A stretch of DNA of 64,000 nt from assembly GCA_000146045.2 (NCBI GenBank), contig BK006939.2, positions 128,001-192,000 on the forward strand, written 5' to 3'. Positions 34,723 through 49,170 of this stretch are shown one piece after another. Position 1 is the stretch's first letter. Each line of letters starts with the position of its first letter. The notes under the pieces are model-generated. The model searched no databases and had not been told where the DNA came from. It worked only from the letters and a program-made list of their open reading frames with translations. The DNA comes from TPA_inf: Saccharomyces. Lineage: Eukaryota. The translations under genes were made by a program, and so were the position numbers.

Positions 34723-36285
34723 ATGAGAGTCAGAAAGCGCCAATCTAGAAGAACATCTACCAAGTTGAAGGAAGGTATTAAGAAGAAGGCTTCTGCCCAT
34801 AGAAAAAAGGAAAAGAAGATGGCTAAGAAGGACGTTACTTGGAGATCAAGGTCTAAGAAAGACCCTGGTATTCCTTCTAACTTTCCTTATAAGGCTAAGA
34901 TCTTAGAAGAAATAGAAGCCAAAAAAATGAAGGACTTAGAGGAAAGAGAGCTTGCCAAACAACAACGATTGGAGGCTAGGAAAGCTGCCAAGGAACAAGG
35001 CGTTGATGCAATGGATGAAGACATGATAGAAGACGATGAAAATGGATTAGCAGCTTTGGTTGAGTCTGCTCAGCAAGCAGCTGCTGAATATGAGGGCACA
35101 CCCTCTAATGATGCAGATGTTCGTGATGATGAATTGGACGTCATTGATTATAACATTGATTTCTACGGTGAAGATGTAGAAGGCGAGTCAGAACTTGAAA
35201 AATCTAGGAAAGCTTATGACAAGATTTTCAAATCCGTTATTGATGCTTCTGATGTCATCCTATATGTTTTGGATGCCAGAGATCCAGAGAGTACAAGATC
35301 AAGAAAGGTGGAAGAAGCCGTCTTACAAAGTCAGGGTAAAAGGCTGATTTTAATACTGAACAAAGTTGATTTAATTCCCCCACATGTATTGGAACAATGG
35401 TTAAATTACTTAAAGTCTAGTTTTCCTACAATCCCATTAAGAGCTTCTTCTGGTGCAGTCAACGGAACTTCTTTCAACAGAAAGCTAAGCCAAACCACTA
35501 CTGCAAGTGCACTGCTAGAGTCGCTGAAAACTTACTCTAATAACAGCAATTTGAAGAGATCTATTGTAGTGGGTGTTATCGGTTATCCAAATGTTGGTAA
35601 ATCATCTGTTATCAACGCTCTTTTGGCGCGCCGTGGAGGTCAATCAAAGGCTTGCCCAGTCGGTAATGAAGCAGGTGTTACTACCTCTCTGAGAGAGATC
35701 AAAATCGACAACAAGTTGAAGATTCTAGATTCTCCTGGTATATGTTTCCCAAGCGAAAATAAGAAAAGATCGAAAGTTGAACATGAAGCTGAATTAGCTC
35801 TTCTAAATGCTCTACCGGCAAAACACATTGTTGATCCGTATCCAGCTGTCTTAATGTTGGTAAAGAGACTAGCTAAATCAGATGAAATGACAGAGAGCTT
35901 TAAAAAGCTGTATGAAATTCCTCCTATTCCTGCTAATGATGCAGATACGTTTACAAAACATTTCTTAATTCACGTCGCTCGTAAAAGAGGTAGATTAGGG
36001 AAAGGCGGTATTCCAAATCTTGCCAGTGCTGGTCTTTCGGTACTTAATGACTGGAGGGATGGTAAAATTCTTGGTTGGGTTTTACCAAATACATCGGCAG
36101 CTGCATCTCAACAAGATAAACAAAATCTAAGTACTATAAACACTGGCACTAAACAAGCTCCAATTGCAGCAAATGAATCCACCATTGTATCCGAGTGGTC
36201 CAAAGAATTTGATTTGGATGGATTATTTAGCTCTCTTGACAAGGCCATAGATGCTAGCAAAGATCAAGATACAATGATGGAATAA
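34723..36285 (+). CDS. NUG1: Nuclear/nucleolar GTPase for 60S export (circularly permuted G domain), 520 aa
   Basis: G motifs (LNKVDL, GYPNVGKSS, DSPG); basic N-terminus. Confidence 0.9.
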   Translation: MRVRKRQSRRTSTKLKEGIKKKASAHRKKEKKMAKKDVTWRSRSKKDPGIPSNFPYKAKILEEIEAKKMKDLEERELAKQQRLEARKAAKEQGVDAMDEDMIEDDENGLAALVESAQQAAAEYEGTPSNDADVRDDELDVIDYNIDFYGEDVEGESELEKSRKAYDKIFKSVIDASDVILYVLDARDPESTRSRKVEEAVLQSQGKRLILILNKVDLIPPHVLEQWLNYLKSSFPTIPLRASSGAVNGTSFNRKLSQTTTASALLESLKTYSNNSNLKRSIVVGVIGYPNVGKSSVINALLARRGGQSKACPVGNEAGVTTSLREIKIDNKLKILDSPGICFPSENKKRSKVEHEAELALLNALPAKHIVDPYPAVLMLVKRLAKSDEMTESFKKLYEIPPIPANDADTFTKHFLIHVARKRGRLGKGGIPNLASAGLSVLNDWRDGKILGWVLPNTSAAASQQDKQNLSTINTGTKQAPIAANESTIVSEWSKEFDLDGLFSSLDKAIDASKDQDTMME

Positions 36286-36484
36286 ATAAGTCATATGTAA
36301 GGCTATTTTTATGTAAGGGGTGTTTCTTATTTTTTCTTTATCATCAAATAACATTACTGTAAATTATAGGTGTGCTTTTAAACTCATTACTATACATCTT
36401 ATTTTTTTTAGTTTTACTGCCTTTTTGCTCTTTGGACAAAGAAATCATTAAAAAGTTCCAACTTTTATTATGTTTCATATATAA

Positions 36485-38083
<1,599 letters not shown>

Positions 38084-38236
38084 TCACAGTATATAGTTAA
38101 TCTTGGCTAGTTGCATATTTAAAAATCAGGAAACAGCCTTTTAGATTGTAAGCGGATGTTATTCTAATTTTTTCTTAGTTTCTTTATTTTATTATGTAGC
38201 AGATGGATAGTAATATAGTGTTGACGGCTCCGTTTG

Positions 38237-38885
38237 TTACTCAACGCTGAAGTTCCATAAGGGGTCGCCCAAATGGTGAATCAATTCTATGGAATGACCT
38301 TTGTTCACTGATTTAATTTCTTCAGTACCCATCATCAATTCACCAATAGCCAATGCATTCTCTTTATTTTCGGCATTGATGACTACAATCGTACCTTTCT
38401 CGTAACCAGGAGCAGGTGGTAAGTCGGCACCCGCAGAAGTTAGGCCAGGGCACATGATATTAGCACCTGAGAGAACGAATTTAATAGCACCTCTATCAAC
38501 CTGAACAGTGGGATAAGCCTCTGGAAATTTGTGTACTAATTTCAGGCTTGGAATCAGTTCATCGAATTTTTGAAAAAAAAGAACTTCACCATCGACGGAA
38601 TACAATTGGATCTTATCTTCACATTTAATCAACTCGATTTGACTCTTCTTAGGAATTAATTCATCAATAACATCTTCTATTTTGGGGTACTGCTTGACCA
38701 ATTTGGCCTTTAACGTTCTTTGAATTGAAGATTTGACCTTTGAACGTGAATGGACATCTTCTCTTGTGAATCTATCGATGATGATGTTAGTAATTGCTTA
38801 CTGAGTCAAAAGTGTACACTAACCCCTGGTAAAACCAGTGAATTACGCAATATTCATTCTCATGTTAGACATACTTCTTAAACAT
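38237..38885 (-). CDS. TMA20: Tma20 (MCT-1 ortholog, PUA domain), spliced: complement(join(38237..38771,38875..38885)), 181 aa. The track ORF lacks the 11-nt exon 1 and the first 23 aa of exon 2
   Basis: Exon 1 ATGTTTAAGAA then GTATGT; TACTAAC branch; 3' splice site tag; the spliced reading gives MFKKFTREDVHSRSKVKSSIQRTLKAKLVKQYPK.... 546 nt in total. Confidence 0.85.
38772..38874 (-). other. TMA20 intron (103 nt): GUAUGU ... UACUAAC ... UAG
   Basis: See TMA20. Confidence 0.8.
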
Positions 38886-39807
38886 TTCCTCTCTGCTGTT
38901 TTAGTTTACCGTCTTTGTCTTTTATATGGTTTTACATAAGGTTATAGCAAAATCAAGTTTTTTCACACAATAATTTTTCAGATAATTAAATTTTTCGTCA
39001 TTTTTACACCTACAAATACAAAGCATAAGAGTAAGGTAACTATGAATTTAGTGGAAAATGACCATAATGATAATTATCAATAGATAAAATTATGGTTTTT
39101 GAGGTGAAGTTGAGGTCTCGTTTATAGACGGCACTGTCAGGTAATTGGTCAACTCTCCTATACAAAGTTTACTGTATCGGGTGAAAAGAAAGACACACAA
39201 GAAGGAGAACACTCATGCCTACCATTTTAGTTGCCATTTCTGTATTACTTACAATTCCAGCTTCTATAACGTGAACTCACATTAGAGAATTCGGTGAAAA
39301 AGAAAAGAAAAATATGGTTGGGCCCTCAATTGAATGTTTCAGTCCGGTATCCCTAACCTATTTTTTGATATTACTTCCAAAGAAAAATAAACAGTCCCTT
39401 TGAAAGAATGAATATCGGTAATGAAAAAAGGTATTCCAAAAATTCCCTACATAGTCTTGAAGTATTCAAAAGCGAACACCGAATTGACCATGAGGAGACG
39501 GTCTGGTTTATAATTAAATTTCAACCAGCAAAAACACAATCTCGGACGAATCCTCACTGATATGCGTATTTCCCGTGCATAAGGATGGAGTATTAAGGAA
39601 GGAAGTGAAAGAAAAGAAAATGCATTAAACGTAAGTAACAATAGTAATTGGACAATGAAGCTAACTAATATTCTGTTCCTTTTATATTCAGAAAAAAAAA
39701 TTCGAAAACTAATATATCATTTTACACGATATTTGAAATTGAAATTTATCAAAATATTTACTTAATTAGTCTAAATATGTAATATGAAGCGACAATGCAG
39801 AGGTTAC

Positions 39808-42800
39808 TTAGGCATTCTTGTATTCCTCGAACGCACTTATGATATCGTTCTTCGTGAAGCGTATGTTTGTCCCTCTATAGTGTTTATCAATTACAGTGTA
39901 TAGTTTCAAGTATAGTGAGACGGTTTGACCTTGAATGCACGACCACAACTTATCGCATAGGACGTTGTTTATGGCATTTTCTTGGTGGTAACCGAAGTCA
40001 TTTACCATATGAGTGTGCAGCCTTTTTACTAGAGTTTCAATTTCATGGGAAGTGTATGCTAAAAGAATGTTCTCTAGGTTCTGCCTGCTATATGCGGCCC
40101 ATCTTGAAGGATTGGTCATGTTCACATTGTTGGTATTTTCAATGATGTTGCTCACACCATAAACAAAGGCTGTTAGTTTAGGCATAGTATCGCGGAGTAG
40201 AAAGGAAGCATAAGATTCTTTTTCCACATCGAAAACTTTCTTAACGTTTTGCAATGACGTATCAAATATACCATCCTTATTGAAGTTTAACATGGAAAGC
40301 ATTTCAGTTAGCCAGTTACTGTTCACTAGGAGAGAAATAGTTTCCATATAGTCATTATTTAAAGCAGCAGTATCTGAAAGGTTTGGATTAATGCTTGAAT
40401 TAACTTCTTTGTGAGTTATCGATCGTGTGGCAGCTATGCTTAGCTTCCTGAAGCTCGAATTCATTAATTCGATGGACTCGTAGCCTTCATCGGTATCTTT
40501 AATATCCATAGACCTCTTAGCAAATTGGAACAAATCTTCTGAATTCTTCAAGCCTACTGGTAAATCAAGTATACCTGGAAGAATTTCTCCATTGGTGGTT
40601 GCGTTAGAAATTCTTTCGAAGTGCAAAACCTGCTCTTCTACATTATCAGACCACACTTGTTTTATTTGTGTGTACATTCTAGTCACTGCAGACAATAAAA
40701 ATTCATGGTTGGATGATTCTAAGCTTTTAATTTCATTCTCCAAGTAAAAAGTTAAGGCTGGGGCTACCGTTGGTTCGGCTTTCACTAATTCTACAAAATA
40801 TGAGGACAGCCTAGTGACAATAGGTTGGAATATTCTTGAGACCAACTGGGTTTCAATAACGGCTGCTTCTCTATCAGATTGCATTACTTTCACAGTATCT
40901 AATAATATTGGAGGAGCATCTGGATCATTGAAATGTTTAATGTATTCTTCGAAATTATGCTTTGAAGATATATGAAAGAACACTTCGACAAAATTTTGAT
41001 AAACAATACATTCTTGCCTCATGGTTTGAAGGCACTCGGTAAGAAGAGAAAAACTATTCTTGAAAACCGGGTTGATATCATTTGTTTTTCTCTCTTTTCT
41101 AAATGTGTCCCATTCATTTAGTAACTGGCTTAAGCTCAGCTCATTCATTTTTTCATCATTTGTGTCAATGCCTTGTAATTGTGATATTTTCTTAGTCCAT
41201 AACTCCATGTATACTGGTTGAATACTGACGTTCCAATTTTCCACAATTGCTTGATACGATTTTTGTGAAATTTCTTTACAGAACAGTATTAAAGGAGAAA
41301 ATATCAATAAAGTCGTCAAAATTCTAATCATTTGATCGTGTGAGATATCTTGTCCACGTATATTTGAGAATTTCTTCTGCATTTCCTCCACAATTCTGTT
41401 AAGAAATATCTTGGTAACTTTCTCATAAAACTGTAGCCTCTGCTTTAGTCCGGAAATTTCTCTTAGATTATATTCTACTTCATTTCCATCGCTGCCTATT
41501 GCTTGAAATGCTTTTAATAATAAATTCAATTGGTTTTCCATCCATGGCAAGTTCTTCTCTCTTATTGGACATTCTAATAACTGATTTAGGGAAATTTCAT
41601 CAAGAGATACAGTTTTCAAAAGTTCATCAAGTGTGTTCCATAGAAGTTTCTTGTTAGCACTTTCAACTTGTAATCCGTTATCTTGGCTCTCTACGTTTTC
41701 GATATCATTAGAAAAATTGCTCATTTCCATCAAGAATAAAGAGAGAGTGGGGATTATGCGATGACATTCGTCATTGACCTTGTCTTCGTAGGGGCGGATA
41801 TTAGGCCCAATTTTTTGCAAAGATAATAAATTTTGGTTGAATAAGTATTCCGTTTCCGCCAATCTTAAGTCAATCCTTTCAATCATACTATCAGCATCGT
41901 CTTCAATGGACCAATTGATATCTGTTAATATTTCTAATAAAACCTCATCGTCAATATTTTCCATCGTTTTTATCTCCTCTTTAGATTCAATCAGCGCTTC
42001 AGATTCGTTATTCTCTTCCGGAAGGATTAATTTCTGCGAAACGGCAGGTGCTTCTTCTTGAATAATTGACACTTCATGGTACACGTGAGGAGCTTCACCT
42101 TCAAAATTATTGCTATACCTAACCTCATCTCCCTTCTCGAACGAAAGATCGTTCTTCTCATCTTGGTCCTCTCCTGATAAGTTAGATGTATTCAAACCTG
42201 CTATCTCGTCACTCAAACTGATCGAGTCATTCAAATCGCTTCCACCGAGTGACTCAACTTTGGCAATATTTAGTGGTTTTTTTAATTGGTCATGAGCTCT
42301 AGCTGTACTTCTCTCGGGCACGTAAGTACCATTTTGCATAGTAGGGGTGGTTTCTGTTTCTTCCGCCAAAACTGCGTTTAAGTCCTCCAAAAGGTTATCA
42401 ACCTTACCATTTATTTCTTGAGTATAACTTTCATTGTCTACTTTGTTTCTTTTACTTTTTTCTTCCTCCTCCTTTTTAGCAAGCGCTTCTTGCTCTTCTT
42501 TTTTTAATCTCTCAGCTGTTTCTTGTTCTCTTTGTTTTCTCTGTATTTCCAATAGTTCTCTCTCTTTTTTTAGGCGTTGCTCTTCTTCGAATTGCCGTTG
42601 ACGTTTCAACTCCATTTGCTTTTTAGCCTCCAGTTCCATTTGACGTTTTCGTTCCTCTTCTTCGAGTTGTCGTTGGTGTTCCAATTCCATTTGCCTTTTC
42701 CTCTCCTCCTGCTTTATTCTTCTTTCCTCTTCTAATCTTTTCATCTCATTTTCCTTTTGTAACTGAAGTCTTTTTTGCTCTTCTAATCGTCTCAGTTCAG

Positions 42801-43818
42801 CCTCTTCTTGTTGCTGTTGTTGCTCTAACTCGTATCTTTTATTCACTTCATTCAATGTCGAATTGGAAGAATAGGGGGCCTTATTTAGAGATTTCATTCC
42901 TGCATGATATTCCACGCTTGCAGGCGTTGACACTGGATTAACGCTTTCTGTTTCAGACCTTCTTGTCCTCTCAGTAGGTGCTGAAAAGGGGACAGAGCCC
43001 ACCGATTGGGTAGTGTTTGTCGTGAAATTACTTGTAGGTGACTTTATTGGAGATACGGAACCGGGGCGATTTGTGATGACTGCTCTTTGATAACTCCTCT
43101 CGTCAAGATAAAAAAGGGATAAATCCCAATTGACCAATTCAGGGACATGACCTTCGAATGTTTGAATGTATAGAGTAATTAGAGATTTAATGAAAACAGT
43201 TCTTTCCTTCGCAGAATTCGTTTCCCAGTAGTATTTTTTACTCATGGTAAGAATGAAGCCTTCAGATATCTCCAGGTCCTTCTCTACTCTTACTAGTTCG
43301 GTCAACTGCCAAGTTCTACCAATTTGAAAAGAGCCGTCTGAGTTTTCTCTTGCTTTATGAATTTGTATTAGCTTGGCATTGTTGGGCTTGGCACTCAAAA
43401 TAAGGAGTCTTTTCTTTTTGTTCTCCAATTTTGAATCTGGAGGAGGTCTTGAACTAGGGAATTTTGAATCTTCTATAATCCGGACATGTGTAATATAATT
43501 ATTCGGCGGTTCACCTGTCTTATGGTCGGGTCTGGAAAAGCAGCAATTAATTATGGCTTTCCTATCCCTTTCATATTGTTCGGCTAAAAAATTCGAAGTT
43601 TGAGAGGAATTTGAAGCTCTCGACACGTTTCTCTTATGCGAATAATTTCCACCAGAAACAGGTGGTGCGGAAGAGGGTACTGCACCTTGACTGACGTTTC
43701 TAGAATGGTGAGCACTGCTACCGGATATTGTTCTCTTGTGGAAAAACGATGTGTTTTCATCGTGTGATGTCTCACGACTGTGAGACTTCCTTTTAAAAGG
43801 AGACTTCGAGGACCTCAT
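39808..43818 (-). CDS. SEC3: Exocyst subunit Sec3, 1336 aa, with an internal charged coiled-coil region built from near-repeated about 45-nt units (about 42440-42850)
   Basis: N-terminal PH-like region; central ERKRQMELE.../[11 protein letters not shown] repeats; large C-terminal helical exocyst domain. Confidence 0.95.
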
Positions 43819-44114
43819 AATATAGAATAAATTGCGTAGCCTTGTTACCTAGCTGGAGATATCTGGCACCGACTCAGTCTTTATGACCGCTTTTTCTTCA
43901 TAAGCTATGATACTGTTATTGCTATAAGTGTTCACCAAGTTAGTATTTGCCCATTAATACCGGGTGACATAGTCCCACAAGCGTGGTTCTCAAAAAGCAA
44001 CGAAAAATTTTCTGACTTGGCAAGGTGAGACTTAGGCTGATAAGTAAGTACTTTTTAGTTTTTAGTGTACAATACCCCCTAAGGAACCCAGGTTTTAATA
44101 CTATTATCTTTATA

Positions 44115-44492
44115 ATGTCTCTCGACTTTAACACTTTGGCCCAAAACTTCACCCAGTTTTACTATAATCAATTTGATACCGATAGAAGCCAATTGGGTAA
44201 CTTGTACAGAAATGAATCTATGCTAACATTCGAGACTAGTCAATTGCAAGGTGCAAAGGACATTGTTGAGAAATTAGTATCTTTGCCATTTCAAAAGGTC
44301 CAACATCGTATCACTACTTTGGATGCGCAACCTGCTTCCCCAAATGGCGATGTCTTAGTCATGATCACTGGTGATCTGTTGATTGACGAAGAACAAAATC
44401 CACAGCGTTTCTCTCAAGTGTTCCATTTGATTCCTGATGGAAACTCTTACTACGTGTTTAACGATATCTTCCGTTTGAATTACTCTGCTTAA
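44115..44492 (+). CDS. NTF2: Nuclear transport factor 2, 125 aa. The track ORF is N-terminally over-extended
   Basis: [27 protein letters not shown]... NTF2 fold; ATG at 44115. Confidence 0.9.
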   Translation: MSLDFNTLAQNFTQFYYNQFDTDRSQLGNLYRNESMLTFETSQLQGAKDIVEKLVSLPFQKVQHRITTLDAQPASPNGDVLVMITGDLLIDEEQNPQRFSQVFHLIPDGNSYYVFNDIFRLNYSA

Positions 44493-44633
44493 GGATTTTT
44501 TAAGTCACCACAGAAACATGTATTTTCATTTTCGAATATTGTTTAGCATAATTGAAGATGCTTAGCTAACGATGTATAAGGCGATAGCGATAAAGAAGAT
44601 ATATATATATATATATGTATGAAGATAGCGTTT

Positions 44634-45353
<720 letters not shown>

Positions 45354-47247
45354 CTACTTATACTGTTAATTTTTTTAAAAGTTGGTTTAGTTTATGGAAA
45401 GCCATACAGTTCAAGTTTTTTCGCGCTAAGTAAGGTGATCACTTTTTTTTATCGTTCTTATCACTTCCAGCTGTAATACATCATAGAGATTAATGAATGA
45501 GCAACGTTTGACTCACATACAGACCTAAGTGGCGGAAATTATTATTGGCAAAATAGCTGGGCTTGCAGTTTTCCTGATTATTTGGGTAAGCTGATGGTAT
45601 TCTCCAAACGCGGTGGGCAAGATCTCAGATTATCTGCTCCTTATCGACTGCTTTTTATTTCTATAAATGAGCTTGTATACACATGTATAGTTTGTATTTG
45701 GATTATTTATACTTTTACGGATTATGTTCGTATTGTTTGTATTTCATTCCCTAATTTTCCTTTACAGATATAATTTCATGATTAAATTTCAAGGCAAAAT
45801 ATAAAATTATTCAGAAATAGCTTCATCACACAGTGTCTAGCGAAAATATTTGTTAAAATGCTTAACCCAAAGTGTCATTCTCGACAGTGAACCTTTCCTA
45901 AAAACTTACAATTGTTATTACAAAGTTCTTCGGGGGATAACAGTCATGGAGTTACAGCAATGATACCTTATGCGGCTAAGTTTTCTTTATTTGCACATAA
46001 AGGGTGCCTTCAACATTACTAGACTGCGTGGTGTTGTTCAATTCAAACTGGAGACATAGACTACGAAAATCTTTTAGTCAAATTTACAAGGGCGAGTAGC
46101 TTTTAATTGTGCCTTCATGTGCCAAGTAAATTGCGTACAAAAAGTGTCAAGAGATTTTCTCATTCCCTACATTTGCCAGTTCTATAGGCACCTTCTTGCG
46201 CATATACATATCTACAAATATCCCGGCTTATTTCCAGTATTACTATGTTTTACTCTTAATTCAAATAAGCACTGCTATTATTACTTTTGATCACGTCAAA
46301 AGATACAAAAGACAATCTACAAGTTTATGGCCTTGCATTGTTTATAATTTATGTGCTATCTGAGCATACCCGCCTTTTCTCTATTGTTATTCGAGAGAAG
46401 ACTAAAAATATCTGCTGCAAGAACAAAAATGGGAACTGCTTGTCTCTTAAAATTATCAATCCACAATGGAAATAGACTTTTTTTACACAGCAACGGTTTT
46501 TGAATGCTATGAAACGGTCATTATCAGCTAACACGCTCAACACTTTACTCCATCTTCTTAAAGGGTGTAAACAGAACGATAAATGATTTCCATAAATAGT
46601 AAGGCCCAGCCGACAGCCTGCAGCGCAAAAGTGAACCGTTTCCATCTAACTTGGATAATCTGCATTGTTCCCAACGAATGACAGAATCCATCGCCAGATC
46701 TAATAAGGTTCAATTTTCTCTATACGACGGCTATAAAAGGAAGTTTTCCGAGCGCGCTTCGAAGCAGAATAGGGAGGACCCCAGACCCGTTTTAGTGCCT
46801 GTCCCTTTTTAGTACGTGTTTCCGTTTCCGTGCCTGGCTAGATCCATCTTTCTTCGCGCGTTTATTTTCAGCACCATGTTTTAGGTTTTTACAGCATCGT
46901 TTAAGGAACCCAACAATACAATAGCGGGAAGAATGCACTTTCTCGTTCCATAAAGGGTCTCTTTCACCTATACGGTTGGTACAGATTTCCAGTGTATGCC
47001 AGTCAGCCACGGCATTACGTCGTTTGCTTCTATTTTCTTCGTTTTGAACTGCGTTTGTATGCAACTGTCCCTTGACAGAGAAAAAAGTGAAGCAAAATGA
47101 CAGACAAAGAAATCTTTTGTATAAAAGGTCGGTTGAATCTTGTTGTTAGCTTGAAATCAGCTTGCTTTTCTCCTCTAAATTACATAAAAAACCAAGAAAA
47201 TATCAGACTTTTTCATTCGCTTTCAACAAGTACTACAATAATTAAAA

Positions 47248-48012
47248 ATGGCTTACACTAAGATCGCTTTATTCGCTGCTATTGCTGCTTTGGCTTCCGC
47301 TCAAACCCAAGATCAAATTAACGAATTGAACGTTATTTTGAACGATGTCAAATCTCACTTGCAAGAGTACATTAGCTTAGCTTCTGATTCTTCCTCTGGA
47401 TTTTCCTTAAGCAGTATGCCAGCTGGTGTTTTGGATATCGGTATGGCTTTAGCTTCCGCCACTGACGACTCCTACACTACTTTGTACTCTGAGGTTGACT
47501 TTGCTGGTGTTAGCAAGATGTTGACCATGGTTCCATGGTACTCCTCTAGATTGGAACCAGCTTTGAAGTCTTTGAATGGTGATGCTTCTTCTTCTGCTGC
47601 CCCAAGCTCTTCTGCTGCTCCAACTTCTTCTGCTGCCCCAAGCTCATCTGCTGCCCCAACTTCTTCTGCTGCCTCAAGCTCTTCTGAAGCTAAGTCTTCT
47701 TCTGCTGCCCCAAGCTCTTCTGAAGCTAAGTCTTCTTCTGCTGCCCCAAGCTCTTCTGAAGCTAAGTCTTCTTCTGCTGCCCCAAGCTCTTCTGAAGCTA
47801 AGTCTTCTTCTGCTGCTCCAAGCTCCACTGAAGCTAAGATAACTTCTGCTGCTCCAAGCTCCACTGGTGCCAAGACCTCTGCCATCTCTCAAATTACCGA
47901 TGGTCAAATCCAAGCTACCAAGGCTGTTTCTGAGCAAACTGAAAACGGTGCTGCTAAGGCCTTTGTTGGTATGGGTGCTGGTGTTGTCGCAGCTGCCGCT
48001 ATGTTGTTATAA
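47248..48012 (+). CDS. TIR1: Ser/Ala-rich cell-wall mannoprotein of the Srp1/Tip1 (seripauperin-related) family; signal peptide, internal tandem repeats, C-terminal GPI signal; 254 aa
   Basis: MAYTKIALFAAIAALASA signal peptide; repeated SSAAPSSSEAKS units; hydrophobic C-terminus GMGAGVVAAAAMLL. Confidence 0.9.
   Translation: MAYTKIALFAAIAALASAQTQDQINELNVILNDVKSHLQEYISLASDSSSGFSLSSMPAGVLDIGMALASATDDSYTTLYSEVDFAGVSKMLTMVPWYSSRLEPALKSLNGDASSSAAPSSSAAPTSSAAPSSSAAPTSSAASSSSEAKSSSAAPSSSEAKSSSAAPSSSEAKSSSAAPSSSEAKSSSAAPSSTEAKITSAAPSSTGAKTSAISQITDGQIQATKAVSEQTENGAAKAFVGMGAGVVAAAAMLL
47587..47860 (+). repeat. Intragenic minisatellite in TIR1: about 4 near-perfect 36-nt units (GAAGCTAAGTCTTCTTCTGCTGCCCCAAGCTCTTCT) preceded by shorter 24-27-nt related units
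   Basis: Direct reading. It generates the spurious overlapping ORFs 47472..47885(-), 47576..47842(+) and 47674..47937(-) in the track. Confidence 0.9.
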
Positions 48013-48289
48013 GTTATTGGTTTTTAATAATAACTACGTAAAAAATAACCATAGTCATACCCTTTTTTATTAACTACTTTCGGTCCTTTCTTCTGCTTTA
48101 CAATTAATGTAAATATGTTTCGGTTCTTTAATTGCATATATAACAAGATTAATTTTTCTTTTTTTTAATTCATTTTGTCTTCTATAGTTTTTCCTGTGCC
48201 ATATTTTAAATGTTCCAGCGGTGTTGGCACTACTGTCTGTTGGATACTTGTATAAGATATCAATTTATTAACTTATTGCAAGAAATTAT

Positions 48290-48890
48290 TTTGTGCAGTG
48301 TGAAGACTTAAAGTGTATTGAAAGACCATTGAGGAAGACCTGAACATTAACCGAATTCAACGAAGGCTGAAATGCTAGGATTGATAACGTAACAGAACTA
48401 ATTAGAATGTGTAGACATGACACATGCTGATTGAAACATCATGTCAAATCATCATCTTCCTTTGATGCTTTTTTAGCAGCTTCGAAAACTTACCTTCAAC
48501 AACAACGATTTTACATAACACTACTGGCGTTAAAGAAATGGGGTGGCAAAGATAGAAAGAAAAATTCTACTGGAGAATGTATGAATTTTGAGGTAATTTT
48601 TGGGATGCCATTGCTGTTAGAGATCATAGTATTAGGTGCACAAAATGAACAAGGAGTTCTCCTTAAGGACATACGAATCCACAAAAGGGTATGGAAATTT
48701 CTACATAGTATTGTGATTATCGTGTAGAAATACCGATTACATTTTGAGGATTCCTATATCCCGGAGGAAAAACTTCTGGTATTCTGTATACATAATATTG
48801 TAGCCTTTACCAACAATGGAATCCGAACAATTATCTCAAAATTCACCCAATTATCACTTCTATCGGCTGGTGTTCGTACTACTACTGTTG
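48290..48890. mobile_element. Cluster of degenerate Ty LTR fragments (tau-like 5' internal piece about 48335-48430; tau 3' end about 48745-48880; intervening delta-like fragments in both orientations), upstream of tE(UUC)
   Basis: GAAGGCTGAAATGCTAGGATTGATAACGTAACAGAACTAATTAGAATG and ...TTTTGAGGATTCCTATATCCCGGAGGAAAAACTTCTGGTATTCTGTATACATAATATTGTAGCCTTTACCAACAATGGAATCCGAACAATTATCTCAAAATTCACCC match tau; boundaries approximate. Confidence 0.6.
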
Positions 48891-49098
48891 GAATGAAACT
48901 TTAAAATATCATTCATTCGGTAATATTCCTCTAAACAATTCTTTTTCTCAACCTAGCAAAGTAACCCACACTTAAACTTATTACGATTGTTCCTCATTGC
49001 TAATTCATATTCCAGCATCTTTGATATATCATATTTTGTCTAAATATCGTCTACCATGATGATATTCATGAAGAATAAGGTTTTTCAACCTACTTTGA

Positions 49099-49170
49099 TC
49101 CGATATAGTGTAACGGCTATCACATCACGCTTTCACCGTGGAGACCGGGGTTCGACTCCCCGTATCGGAG
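49099..49170 (+). tRNA. tE(UUC): tRNA-Glu (anticodon UUC), 72 nt; T6 terminator follows
   Basis: TCCGATATAGTGTAACGGCTATCACATCACGCTTTCACCGTGGAGACCGGGGTTCGACTCCCCGTATCGGAG. Confidence 0.9.

Noticed and set aside
39215-39274. 19-codon hydrophobic mini-ORF (MPTILVAISVLLTIPASIT) in the TMA20 upstream / SEC3 downstream region
   Set aside because: Weak initiation context (C at -3) and single-TM-like peptides arise frequently by chance in T-rich DNA. There is no way to support it from sequence alone. It would need ribosome profiling.
46587-46600. Possible Upc2 AR1 element (TCGTTCTG on the minus strand) in the TIR1 upstream region
   Set aside because: Only a 6/8 match to TCGTTYAG; not reported as a feature.
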